A stretch of 64,000 bases of DNA from Actinomycetota bacterium (GTDB taxonomy: Bacteria > Actinomycetota > Acidimicrobiia > Spongiisociales > UBA5794). The stretch covers positions 11,522 through 75,521 of the forward strand of contig JAYEIJ010000062.1 in NCBI GenBank assembly GCA_034660035.1, given 5' to 3'. The position numbers were made by a program, and so were the translations under genes. This document shows, piece by piece, positions 27,613 through 36,639 of this stretch; position 1 is the first letter of the stretch, and each line of letters opens with the position of its first letter. The notes under the pieces were generated by a model. It saw nothing but the letters and a program-made list of their open reading frames with translations, did no database searches and had not been told where the DNA came from.

Positions 27613-28110
27613 TCAAGAAGTCGAGTCGCGCTCGAAGTCGTCCGGCGTCACATCATCAAGGAACTCTCGAAAGCGCTCGATCTCCTCTTCTTCTGTGTCG
27701 TCGTGGATCTCGATGCCCGCTTCGTCGAGCAGCTCTCTCGATGCGAACACGGGCGCTCCCGCTCTCGTGGCCAGGGCGATGGCGTCTGAGGGTCTGGACG
27801 AGATCGTCAACTCCTCCCCCTCCGACTCGATGACGAGTTCGGCGAAGAACGTCCCTTCATCCAGCGACGTCACGTCGACCCTTTCGATGTCAGCGCCGAG
27901 AGCGTCGAGAAGCGTCTTCATCAGATCGTGAGTGAGGGGCCGGGCAGTCTCGACTCCTTCGAGGGCCAGAGCGATCGCCGTCGCCTCCGGCGTGCCGATC
28001 CAGATCGGAAGGTATCGAGCGCCCTCCCGCTCTCTGAGCAGCAAGATCGGCGTGTTGGTGGGGAGCTCCACCCGAACGCCGACGACTTCCATGGCAACCC
28101 GATCGTTCAT
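27613..28110 (-). CDS. bifunctional nuclease family protein (BFN, DUF151)
   Basis: 165 aa. MEVVGVRVELPTNTPILLLRE...LPIWIG signature of the DNase-RNase domain, plus an acidic C-terminal tail. Confidence 0.8.
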   Translation of the reverse strand: MNDRVAMEVVGVRVELPTNTPILLLREREGARYLPIWIGTPEATAIALALEGVETARPLTHDLMKTLLDALGADIERVDVTSLDEGTFFAELVIESEGEELTISSRPSDAIALATRAGAPVFASRELLDEAGIEIHDDTEEEEIERFREFLDDVTPDDFERDSTS

Positions 28111-28156
28111 ACATTCAGCCTATCACCAGTGAGCAGGTCAGACCGAGACGCGTCGT

Positions 28157-28717
28157 TCAGTGGAGAGCGTGCCGGGCGAACGAATCCGGATCCGACGTGA
28201 GCACGGAGAGATCCATCACAGCCCAGATCGATGGAACGTTCCGGAAGCGTCCCCTCCAATCCATCCCGTACCCAAGGAGGAACTCGTCTCCGACCTCGAA
28301 TCCACGATGTTCAACGGGAACGTCCACGATCCTCCGCTTCACCTTGTCGAGGAGAGCGACCGTCGTCACGCTCTTGGCACCTCTGGCGGCCAACATCTTG
28401 CGCATGGTTGTGAGCGTCAATCCCGTGTCGACGATGTCCTCGACGATCAGCACCGAGCGCCCTTCGACCGGCACGGAGAGATCCATCGCGATCGAGACCC
28501 TCCCCTCACGCCCGAAACGCGTCAAACTCAGGAAATCGAGCTCGATCGTCAGCGGGAGATGCCGGGCGAGATCGGTCAGGAAAGGGACCGATCCCTTCAG
28601 AACTCCGATCACGACGGGATCGAGATCGGTCAAGCTCTCGGTGATCTCCTCGCCGAGCTCAGCGACCCGCTGCTGAAGCGCTCCCTCGTCGATGACCTCG
28701 ATGAACGGCTCGATCAT
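28157..28717 (-). CDS. hpt: hypoxanthine-guanine phosphoribosyltransferase
   Basis: ORF 28157..28810, trimmed to ATG 28717 (MIEPFIEVIDEGAL...). GGAGG RBS. PRPP-binding motif VLIVEDIVDTGLT. The ATG overlaps the stop of the upstream dacB (ATGA). Confidence 0.85.
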   Translation of the reverse strand: MIEPFIEVIDEGALQQRVAELGEEITESLTDLDPVVIGVLKGSVPFLTDLARHLPLTIELDFLSLTRFGREGRVSIAMDLSVPVEGRSVLIVEDIVDTGLTLTTMRKMLAARGAKSVTTVALLDKVKRRIVDVPVEHRGFEVGDEFLLGYGMDWRGRFRNVPSIWAVMDLSVLTSDPDSFARHALH

Positions 28718-29766
28718 CGGTCGCCTCCGGCCACGCTTGGCAAGGCTGCCTTCAACCACTCGCTGATCAACGACGCCTTCGGAAGGTCCGTCAATGCAGA
28801 CATTCGCCAACGTCCATCATCGATTCTCTGCATGGCTTGAAGCCGTCGCTCTTCGGATTCGGTCAGATCGAGGTTCGCGTTGACGGTCGCACCGCCGCCC
28901 TGCTCCGAGAAGAAGGGGCGCAACCATCGGTCATGCAGCCCATAGGTGCCGTATGCCCAGTCGATGAGTTCCCGCGTATCACTGAAGTGGTCGTCGGAAC
29001 CCATGACTACGGTCACGATTCTTCGCGGACCCCGTTCGGACACGCCGAGCAAGACCTTGTTCGCGAACGGCGTATCACCGGTCTTCAGCCCAACGACTCC
29101 TGGATACGTCCCGAGAAGCCGATTGGTGCTGTTGACGTGGCGCGTCTTGCCCGTTGGGTCTTCCGGCATCTTGATCGTCTTGATCCTGGCGATCTGCTGA
29201 ATATCCGGGTAGTCGAGCGAGGCAACCGTCATCGTGACCAGATCATTGGCGGTCGAGAAGTGGTCGGCATGATCGAGACCGTTCGGATTCACGAAGTGCG
29301 TGTCGCTCATGCTCAGTTCCGAGGCACGCGCGTTCATCTTCCCGACGAAGGTATCGATGTCTCCATCGCCGACGTGCCACGCCAGGGTCAGAGCTGCATC
29401 GTTCCCGGACCGGACGAGCATGGCAACCAGGAGGTCGTAGACCGTCCACTGCTCCCCCGCTACGAGACCGGCACTCGATCCCCGGCTCGCTGTTGCCTCC
29501 GACGGAATCGTCACGATCTCGTCGAGTTCGGCCTCATCGAGGACGATCATGGCGGTCATCACCTTGGTGACCGATGCCATCGGACGACGTTCGTCGGCGT
29601 TCCACGTCGTAAGCATCACATCGGCCGTCTCGTCGTACACGGCCCACTCGTACGCGGTCACGGTTGGAGGGAGTGGTGGCGCGATCGGTTCAATCGGCAT
29701 CGTGGCGGACGATCCGAGCGGTGCGAGGAGCGCGAGAACGAGCGTGGCGGTGGCAGTGGAGATCAT
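28714..29766 (-). CDS. D-alanyl-D-alanine carboxypeptidase (peptidase S11, PBP5-like)
   Basis: 350 aa. Signal peptide. SxxK motif (MASVTKVMTAMIVLD), SGN (SGNDAALTLA), and KTG (GLKTGDT). Confidence 0.8.
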   Translation of the reverse strand: MISTATATLVLALLAPLGSSATMPIEPIAPPLPPTVTAYEWAVYDETADVMLTTWNADERRPMASVTKVMTAMIVLDEAELDEIVTIPSEATASRGSSAGLVAGEQWTVYDLLVAMLVRSGNDAALTLAWHVGDGDIDTFVGKMNARASELSMSDTHFVNPNGLDHADHFSTANDLVTMTVASLDYPDIQQIARIKTIKMPEDPTGKTRHVNSTNRLLGTYPGVVGLKTGDTPFANKVLLGVSERGPRRIVTVVMGSDDHFSDTRELIDWAYGTYGLHDRWLRPFFSEQGGGATVNANLDLTESEERRLQAMQRIDDGRWRMSALTDLPKASLISEWLKAALPSVAGGDR

Positions 29767-30473
29767 CGTTCGAGGAGGCTTCGAAGCCTACCCCGCGCGA
29801 TGCTTTCTTGAAGCACTGCTGCCGCCTGGGCGCAGTCCGCCAGCGTTTCCGCGGCTCGGTGACGATTCTCAGGATTGCGGTGGCGCAGCAGCGGCGCAAC
29901 GAGTTGGCCCAGAAGGTCGGTCTGGCGGTCGGCAGCGAGGCGAATGGGCCGCAGGTGCCGCACCTCCAGACCGTGACTCAGCAAGCGATGTGTTGCCCGT
30001 GCGATCGAAAGATCATGATCCCGGAACACTTCGCTTCCATCCGGGAGTTTCATCGGCTCCAGGATCCCGGCATCGATCAGACTGGTGAGCTGGTGGGCGG
30101 ACAGCCCGGAAGATCGCATCAATTCGGCCGGTGTCAGCGAGACTCCCGACGTTGCGAAGTAGGCTTCCGGCGGCGGCCCGGCTTCAGGCGAGACGGGCGA
30201 CTCGTCCCCATGCTCCCAGGCTGCGAGCTTCGACTTGATCACCTTAAGCGGCAGATAGTGGTCCCGCTGCTCCTTCAACACGTACTCGATGCGACGTACA
30301 TCCTCTTCGGTGAAGATCCGATAGCCGGATGCGGATCGGCTCGGTTCGACCAGTCCCTGGCTCTCGAGGAACCGCAGCTTTGACACAGTGACGTCCGGGT
30401 ACTCCGGCTTGAGTAGGTTGATGACCTCGCCGATGCTCCGAGTCCGAGCGGCCCGTAGCGGCACCGTCGCCAT
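29763..30473 (-). CDS. MerR family transcriptional regulator (FtsR-like, garA-locus MerR)
   Basis: ORF 29763..30557, trimmed to the ATG at codon 29 (MATVPLRAARTRSIGEVINLLKPEYPDVTVSKLRFLESQGLV). MerR HTH. Sits immediately downstream of garA, as in other actinobacteria. Confidence 0.7.
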   Translation of the reverse strand: MATVPLRAARTRSIGEVINLLKPEYPDVTVSKLRFLESQGLVEPSRSASGYRIFTEEDVRRIEYVLKEQRDHYLPLKVIKSKLAAWEHGDESPVSPEAGPPPEAYFATSGVSLTPAELMRSSGLSAHQLTSLIDAGILEPMKLPDGSEVFRDHDLSIARATHRLLSHGLEVRHLRPIRLAADRQTDLLGQLVAPLLRHRNPENRHRAAETLADCAQAAAVLQESIARGRLRSLLER

Positions 30474-30895
30474 CAGATGCTCCCGCGAGCGACGATGAGG
30501 TGGAACTTCCCGATGATCACTTCGTCCCCTGCGGAGAGGGCGTACGCGTCGATCCACGTGCCGTTCACATAGGTCCCGTTCGTGGAACCGAGGTCCTGGA
30601 CCCGCAGCGCGTCCCCGTCGACGTTGAAAAGGGCGTGGTGGCGGGACACCGTTATGTCGCCGAGGAAGATGTCGCAGTCCGCACCTCGCCCTGCGATCGT
30701 GTCACCATCGGCGAGAACGTACGTCAACCCGGCCTGGGGACCCGTCTCAACGATGAGCGCCCATCCGAAGGCGCCGGCGACGGTACTCCCCGACGCCCCG
30801 ATGGCAGAGGCATCCCGCGCTGGGGTGAAGGTGATGGTCGGATCTCGTTCGACGTCCGGTATCTGCTGCTCTTCTTGGCGTGCCATGCACACCAT
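30473..30895 (-). CDS. garA: FHA-domain regulator GarA/OdhI
   Basis: 140 aa. N-terminal ETTS-like phospho-site region (DVERDPTITF). C-terminal FHA domain (GRGADCDIFLGDITVSRHHALF...GSTNGTYVNG). Confidence 0.85.
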   Translation of the reverse strand: MVCMARQEEQQIPDVERDPTITFTPARDASAIGASGSTVAGAFGWALIVETGPQAGLTYVLADGDTIAGRGADCDIFLGDITVSRHHALFNVDGDALRVQDLGSTNGTYVNGTWIDAYALSAGDEVIIGKFHLIVARGSI

Positions 30896-31067
30896 GCTAC
30901 ATCAACCCTCGACCATTCCTTGAAGGTTTCGGCTTCGCAGTACTCCGTAGTCCGTATTCCGCGATCCGTACCGGACCCCTTGGCCCGCTCTTGGTTCTCA
31001 GCTCTTGGCTCTGGCTGTCCGCTGTCCGCAGTCCGCTTCTGCCTGTTGCCTGTCCCCTGCCCCCTAC

Positions 31068-31451
31068 TCACTCCTCCGTGAACGCCGTATATGCAACAGC
31101 ATCCATCAGGTCGTCGAGGCTCGAACCTTCTGCCGGCGTGATCGTCACGATCCAACCGGCACCGAAGGGATCGGAGTTGATGAGTTCGGGTGCGTCCATC
31201 AACAACTCGTTGACGGTCGCCACAACGCCTGAGATCGGGGAGTAGACGTCGTTGACCGACTTCGTGGACTCAACCTCTGCGATGCCCTCCCCCGCTTCCA
31301 CGATTCGATCCACGTCGGGCAGGTCCACGTACACGACGTCATGGAGCGCCTTCTGTGCGTAATCGCTGATACCAAGGGTCACGGCGCCGTCGCTCTCCAC
31401 ACGGACCCACTCATGATTGTCTGTGTATCGAAGGTCTTGCGGGATCTGCAC
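31068..31451 (-). CDS. gcvH: glycine cleavage system H protein
   Basis: 127 aa. YTDNHEWV start and lipoyl-lysine motif (EVESTKSVNDVYSPISG). Confidence 0.9.
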   Translation of the reverse strand: MQIPQDLRYTDNHEWVRVESDGAVTLGISDYAQKALHDVVYVDLPDVDRIVEAGEGIAEVESTKSVNDVYSPISGVVATVNELLMDAPELINSDPFGAGWIVTITPAEGSSLDDLMDAVAYTAFTEE

Positions 31452-31484
31452 GTGTCGTCTCCTGTCCTCGCGGGTTCAACCACT

Positions 31485-32051
31485 CTACCGCTCTGAGCCG
31501 GGCCTCTCGCCCGCGGCTATCGCTGCTCGCATGTCTCCGAGATAGCTGAACCCGACGATGTAGTAGGTCACGAGACCGGGTACTCCGACGGCGAGAGCAG
31601 CCCACCACAACCATCTCGTGTCGAGACCGTGCGCCACGTAGAACATCGTGATCGAGAAGTAGAGCAGGAGCGTTGCGAGCTTGCCTAGCCAGCGCACGTC
31701 GAGCCGCCGGACGCCTTTCGTCCATCCGTAGGCGGCTCCGATCGCGATGACGATCTCCCTGATGATGATGGCCCATGCGAATACCCATGGGAGAACACCT
31801 GTGGTCAGTCCCAGGATCACGGCGACCGCCACAGCGAGCCGATCGGCGATCGGGTCGAGCATCTTCCCGACCTCTGTGACCTGATCGAGCCGTCGGGCCA
31901 GGTAGCCGTCGATCCAGTCGGTGGCCCCGATGACCCCGAGCAACGCTCCTGCCCAGGCGGTCTCACCGGTCAGAACGAGCCAGATGAAGACCGGGATGAG
32001 AAGCAATCGGAGGACCGACACCGCGTTCGGGATGTTCACTGCTCCCTGCAC
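31485..32051 (-). CDS. pgsA: CDP-alcohol phosphatidyltransferase (PgsA-like)
   Basis: 188 aa. DGxxAR...G...D motif (TDWIDGYLARRLDQVTEVGKMLDPIADRL). 4-5 TM helices. Confidence 0.85.
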   Translation of the reverse strand: MQGAVNIPNAVSVLRLLLIPVFIWLVLTGETAWAGALLGVIGATDWIDGYLARRLDQVTEVGKMLDPIADRLAVAVAVILGLTTGVLPWVFAWAIIIREIVIAIGAAYGWTKGVRRLDVRWLGKLATLLLYFSITMFYVAHGLDTRWLWWAALAVGVPGLVTYYIVGFSYLGDMRAAIAAGERPGSER

Positions 32052-32054
32052 GTT

Positions 32055-32462
32055 CTACGACACCTGAACGACCCGGAAACGCACTCGCGCGATCTCCTGA
32101 TCCTCGAACGAGACCACGAAGGCGTAGCCCTTGGCTTCGGCGAACTGGACGTTGTGGAAGGGGCTGACGATCGGCACGATGCTCGTCGCTCCCGGCGGGA
32201 GGTTCGGTGGCGCTCCCACCCTCAGTTTCCCTCTAGCCTCCACGTCGAGTCCGTGACCGTCCTCGTCGACAAGGGTGATCACGATCTCGAGCTCGCGGTG
32301 TCGCTCCTCCGGTTCGATCTCGGCAACCATCGCCAGTGTCAGATTCCGGTGCACCACCGGCAGCGATCGCGCGCTGATCGTGTCGAAACCCCCACCGAGG
32401 ACGAACAGTTTCCCTCCCTGGACCTGTGCCGCGTCGGCAAGCATCGCCGTGGTCAATCTCAC
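32055..32462 (-). CDS. hypothetical protein (135 aa)
   Basis: Coding-like composition. Tightly packed between the sulfatase-like gene and pgsA. No recognised motif. Confidence 0.4.
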   Translation of the reverse strand: MRLTTAMLADAAQVQGGKLFVLGGGFDTISARSLPVVHRNLTLAMVAEIEPEERHRELEIVITLVDEDGHGLDVEARGKLRVGAPPNLPPGATSIVPIVSPFHNVQFAEAKGYAFVVSFEDQEIARVRFRVVQVS

Positions 32463-32684
32463 GTCTGTTCCTTCATCTCGAGAGCGTTCGTTCGGCCGTT
32501 CGGATCACGCAGACAGATCGACCCCCTACAGAGGTGATTCGAGTCGCGGAGTGCCGTGATCATGTTCGCACGATACCGGCTTGCCGGACGTCAACGGACA
32601 CCACGCTGTCCCCTGTCCGACGTGATCACCATGAAGATGCGTCGCATCCACGAGGAGCGGGATGTGCCCGCTAATGAGGAATCA

Positions 32685-34802
32685 CTAGAAGCGGACCCGC
32701 CAGAACTGCCGATCGTCTCCGACTCCGCGTATCAGGACGAGGTCGACGTCGTTCTTGCCGTCTACGAAAGCGTCCGGCCGGATCATCGCCCCGAACTCCG
32801 TCTTCCCGTCCTCCGTCTCATCGGAGCGTGTAACGGCAGCGATACGACCGTTCACGACCACGGCGAGGACAAGGTCGTCATGGTCATCGCCGTCCTTGTT
32901 GATCGTGCCGCTGATCCACGCAGGCACCGACGGTCCATCCACGTCAACAGCACCGAACGCGGAGAGATCCCGGACCCTCGCCGTGATGCCGGCGCCGGAC
33001 TGCACCTCGAACTCCTCGATCCGACGGCCGAGGAGATCGGCGTGTCCGGGTGGAGCGAGCCCGAACGGTCCACCGGTCCCGAAATGATCGATCTTGCGAG
33101 CGGCAACCGCCCGAGCCTCGGAGCCGTCTGCACCGATAACGATCGTTCCTTCGGTGCCTTCGATCCGGCTTTCGGTTCGCTCCGGCCGGTCATCCCCGAA
33201 CAGCGAGATGCCGTCGGTCGTCCACGGCAGTTCGATCCCGAGCACGTCCGCCAGCGTGGGAAGAACGTCAACGGTCTCTGCCCGATAATCGTCGATCTCT
33301 CCCTGCCCGTGATAGGGACGCTTGATGAAGAGGGGAATGGCGGCGACGTCCCCGACGGTCTCCTCGGTGACGACGCGCCGGTGCCGGGTGTCCGGTCGTA
33401 CAGTGATCCCATGGTCGGCTAGGACGACGATCATCGTCTCGTCGTACAGTCCGGCCTCCTCCAGTTCTGCGATCAGATCTTCGATGACGCCGTCGACGTA
33501 CCCGACCTGAGCGAGGTGCATCTGGTAAGCCTGATCGACGAGCCACACGTCATCACCCCAGCCGGGACTCACGCTCCCTGGTGCAGCTCCCGGAGCCGAG
33601 TATGTCTGCCCCGATGGAAGATACTCCCACGGTACGTGCGGAACGAGAGCATGAAGGAAGAAGAGCCTCGGCTCCTCTCCGGATGTTCCGACGCTCTGTG
33701 TGAACTGGGCGATCGGTTGGCGGCGGTCCGCCGAGTACGTCAACTCCTGGAAACGAGCGGTGATGTCATAGTCATTTCCGGCATCTCCACCGGAGAAGTT
33801 GGACCACGTCGTGTCGACCGGCGGCAGGTCGTCGGCCATGTCGTTTGGCAGGAACAGGTGTCCGGAGATGATCCTCAGATCGTTCACGAGGGCACGCCAT
33901 CTCTCCCCCATCGGACGCACCGGGCGGCTGGCGTTCTCGCATGCGTACTCAGGGCAGAGGTCGGTCACGGCTTCCTGTACCTGGAGGTCGTATGTGTCGG
34001 CCAGGAGTGTGAACAGCGTGAACGGATGATCTCCTGCGGTCGGTAGTTTGTTGGGAGGCGGGTTCTTCCCGGAGAGAATGGCCGGAAGCGAGTTCTCCGT
34101 CTGTTGCTGTACGGTGACCGCGTTCCTGAACCACGTTCCGTCCTCTGCGAGTCGCGCGAAGCCGGGATAGACATCCTCCTGGATGTTCCCGTCGCCGTCC
34201 ATCAGAGACGCGATCGGGAACTCGTCGAAGATCACCATGACGATCGGGGCGGGATCCTCGATGGTGATGTGGGATGGCTGCGCGATCTCGTTGGATGCGA
34301 ACACGAGTTGCGAGACTGAGGAACCGAAGAGGAACAGACCGAGGACGACGATCGGCGCGATCGCCGAGAAGCGGCCCACCGACCGAAGCGATTCGTAGCG
34401 GTAGAAGGCGAACGCAGTGGCCAGGCCGGCGGCCCCGGCGAGTACCAGTTCGACCCAGGCCGGGAGACCGGCGAGCGGCGTGTGCGAGATGATCTGGAGA
34501 ACGAGCATTCCCCCAAAGATCGCCAAGACGATCCAGTGCAGCACTGTCCCCGTCGGATGATGGAGTTTCCGAACCCCGACGACCCCCAATCCGATGAGGA
34601 GCGGCATCACGATCGTCAGGAGGAGGCCCAGGAGAACGATGTCGATCGGCGGGGCCGCTCGCGCTAGGAAGAACTCCGCGTTTCGGCCGAGCAGATCGAG
34701 GAGCGGTTGTGCCACCGCGAGCACGAAGAGAACGACACATGACACGACTACGTCGAGCGGCCCGATCCCCTCCGCTCTCGTTCGGGAGGTCGTTCCGGTC
34801 AT
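32685..34802 (-). CDS. sulfatase/alkaline-phosphatase-superfamily membrane protein (LtaS/phosphoglycerol-transferase-like)
   Basis: 705 aa. Five N-terminal TM helices, then an extracytoplasmic sulfatase domain (VMVIFDEFP, ...LADHG...). Confidence 0.7.
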   Translation of the reverse strand: MTGTTSRTRAEGIGPLDVVVSCVVLFVLAVAQPLLDLLGRNAEFFLARAAPPIDIVLLGLLLTIVMPLLIGLGVVGVRKLHHPTGTVLHWIVLAIFGGMLVLQIISHTPLAGLPAWVELVLAGAAGLATAFAFYRYESLRSVGRFSAIAPIVVLGLFLFGSSVSQLVFASNEIAQPSHITIEDPAPIVMVIFDEFPIASLMDGDGNIQEDVYPGFARLAEDGTWFRNAVTVQQQTENSLPAILSGKNPPPNKLPTAGDHPFTLFTLLADTYDLQVQEAVTDLCPEYACENASRPVRPMGERWRALVNDLRIISGHLFLPNDMADDLPPVDTTWSNFSGGDAGNDYDITARFQELTYSADRRQPIAQFTQSVGTSGEEPRLFFLHALVPHVPWEYLPSGQTYSAPGAAPGSVSPGWGDDVWLVDQAYQMHLAQVGYVDGVIEDLIAELEEAGLYDETMIVVLADHGITVRPDTRHRRVVTEETVGDVAAIPLFIKRPYHGQGEIDDYRAETVDVLPTLADVLGIELPWTTDGISLFGDDRPERTESRIEGTEGTIVIGADGSEARAVAARKIDHFGTGGPFGLAPPGHADLLGRRIEEFEVQSGAGITARVRDLSAFGAVDVDGPSVPAWISGTINKDGDDHDDLVLAVVVNGRIAAVTRSDETEDGKTEFGAMIRPDAFVDGKNDVDLVLIRGVGDDRQFWRVRF

Positions 34803-34804
34803 CG

Positions 34805-36262
34805 TCAGGCGATCGGTCGGAGAGCGAACATGATTCGGGTGCCGCCCGGCAGTTCCTCTTCGCTCTCAATCACGAAGTGTTCCTTGAGATATGAGCGCAG
34901 ATCCGTCTGGTTGTAGTCCCGGTGGATCTCGTGAGGCTTTCTGTTCACCGTGAGTCCACGGACCATCGGATCGTCGGGTGAGACGAATTCGAAGATCACC
35001 CTTGCATCCAGGTCCGCCAGCCAGTCGACGAATGCCTTGAGCGGAACGTTCCGTCCGATGACAAGGTGATGGACCACCGCCAGGCAGAGGACGAGATCCG
35101 GCGACGACCGATCGACCACCGGTGGCCGTTCGAGTCCGCGCCACCCGATGCCGGGCGACGGATCGGCCAGATCCTGGACCATCGGAAGAACGTTGTCGGG
35201 GCCACTCGCGGACAGCGACCGGTAGAACTCATCGAGGATCACCTCGTCGGCGTCCAGGGCAAGCACATAGCCCGCGGTCCCGGCAGCCAGTCTCGAGAAG
35301 TATCCGTCGTTCGCTCCGACGTCCCAGACAATGGTCGGGGCGTCGGCAGCCAGAGAGCGCGTGATGAATGCCGCCTTGGCGCCCCGGTGCACTCGCACGT
35401 GGTCGCACTCTGTTGCGTATTCGTTCCAACGCGACGAGCCGGGATTCCATTCGAGTCCGCTCACGATCCGACGGAGACCGTTGACGTTGGACTCGATCAT
35501 CTCCTTGGTGAACCCGGCGTCCTTGAGTTCGGAGCGGACGTTTCGGCCCCCACCGTGGTCTCGGCGCTCGGCCCGCGCCGGGAGCACCACGTGGAGCAGT
35601 CCGCTCCTACGGAGCAGGTCGCGTGAGGACATGACCCGGCGAAGCTGCTCTGCTGTGAGACCATCGGGCTGGCCGCGCAGCCAGGGCTGGAACGGGATGC
35701 CAACGTGCGCGGTCAGCATCAAGGGGTAGAGGTACTGGCCGAGGAACTGGCGGTATCCGACCCATATGTCGCCCTCTTCGAGCGCTTCGAACGAGCCGAT
35801 ATCGATGAAGACGGGTTTCCGACCGAGCCACTGAACGTTGAACGGTGTCGAGTCCTTGAGGATCATGTCTTCAGCGAGCGCCGCCGAAAGAAGATCGAGT
35901 TGGAGCATGGCAGCGTCTCGCAGCATCGAGAAGGTCCATTCGTACGGGTACGAGACGATGGGGATCGGGTCGTGTCGCAGTACCCCGGCCCACTCGACTC
36001 CGTCGATCGGCTTCACGTCGACCGCCGGCGTCGTCCCAATGATTCGACCGTCTGCAACGCCTTCGGCGAAGAACCGTGTGCCTGCGAGTTTCCGCCAGTT
36101 CTCCATGGACCGCTGGTCGAGCGCTCGGTAGATCTCGCCGTTCTGATGGAATACCCGACTTCCGGGGTCCCGGAACGAACCGGGGTTCACATGGCGAGCA
36201 CTATCGATCCCGGCCCTTTCCGATTGATGTGCCGCGGCGTCGGGGATTGCGTCGTCCATCAT
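34805..36262 (-). CDS. SAM-dependent methyltransferase fusion protein (C-terminal FkbM-like methyltransferase domain, N-terminal uncharacterised domain)
   Basis: 485 aa. C-terminal VWDVGANDGYFSRLAA...VLALDADE motif (DVGANxG, FkbM type). The ~300-aa N-terminal domain is unrecognised. Confidence 0.5.
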   Translation of the reverse strand: MMDDAIPDAAAHQSERAGIDSARHVNPGSFRDPGSRVFHQNGEIYRALDQRSMENWRKLAGTRFFAEGVADGRIIGTTPAVDVKPIDGVEWAGVLRHDPIPIVSYPYEWTFSMLRDAAMLQLDLLSAALAEDMILKDSTPFNVQWLGRKPVFIDIGSFEALEEGDIWVGYRQFLGQYLYPLMLTAHVGIPFQPWLRGQPDGLTAEQLRRVMSSRDLLRRSGLLHVVLPARAERRDHGGGRNVRSELKDAGFTKEMIESNVNGLRRIVSGLEWNPGSSRWNEYATECDHVRVHRGAKAAFITRSLAADAPTIVWDVGANDGYFSRLAAGTAGYVLALDADEVILDEFYRSLSASGPDNVLPMVQDLADPSPGIGWRGLERPPVVDRSSPDLVLCLAVVHHLVIGRNVPLKAFVDWLADLDARVIFEFVSPDDPMVRGLTVNRKPHEIHRDYNQTDLRSYLKEHFVIESEEELPGGTRIMFALRPIA

Positions 36263-36276
36263 GATCGAACCGAACG

Positions 36277-36477
36277 TCAGTCCGACGACGGATTGGGTGC
36301 CGCGTTCTCGTCGGCCTTACTCGGATCAGTGTCCTGCCCCGCCTCGGCCGCCTTGTTCTTCCTGGCCAGCCGACTGCGCTTGGTCTTGAACAACACTGCG
36401 ACGCCCGCAGTGCCTCCCAGGAGGGCCTGCACGATAAGGGTGCCGGTTCCGGGATCGAGATATGCAAAGTGAGTCAT
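36277..36477 (-). CDS. small membrane-associated protein (66 aa)
   Basis: One hydrophobic helix (TLIVQALLGGTAGVAVLF), then a basic stretch and an acidic tail. First gene of the minus-strand string. Confidence 0.3.
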   Translation of the reverse strand: MTHFAYLDPGTGTLIVQALLGGTAGVAVLFKTKRSRLARKNKAAEAGQDTDPSKADENAAPNPSSD

Positions 36478-36639
36478 GGGAAAGTCCTGTACCGTCCACC
36501 CGGGACCGTGCTCGGGCCGACGCGTCGCACGCCGACCGGAGGAAGTCTAACCCTGGATCCTGTCTCGACGGATCGAATCCCCTGAAATCGTGGCTGATGG
36601 TGCTCATCGATTCACCGCCCGAGGCCCTCAACGGGTACC

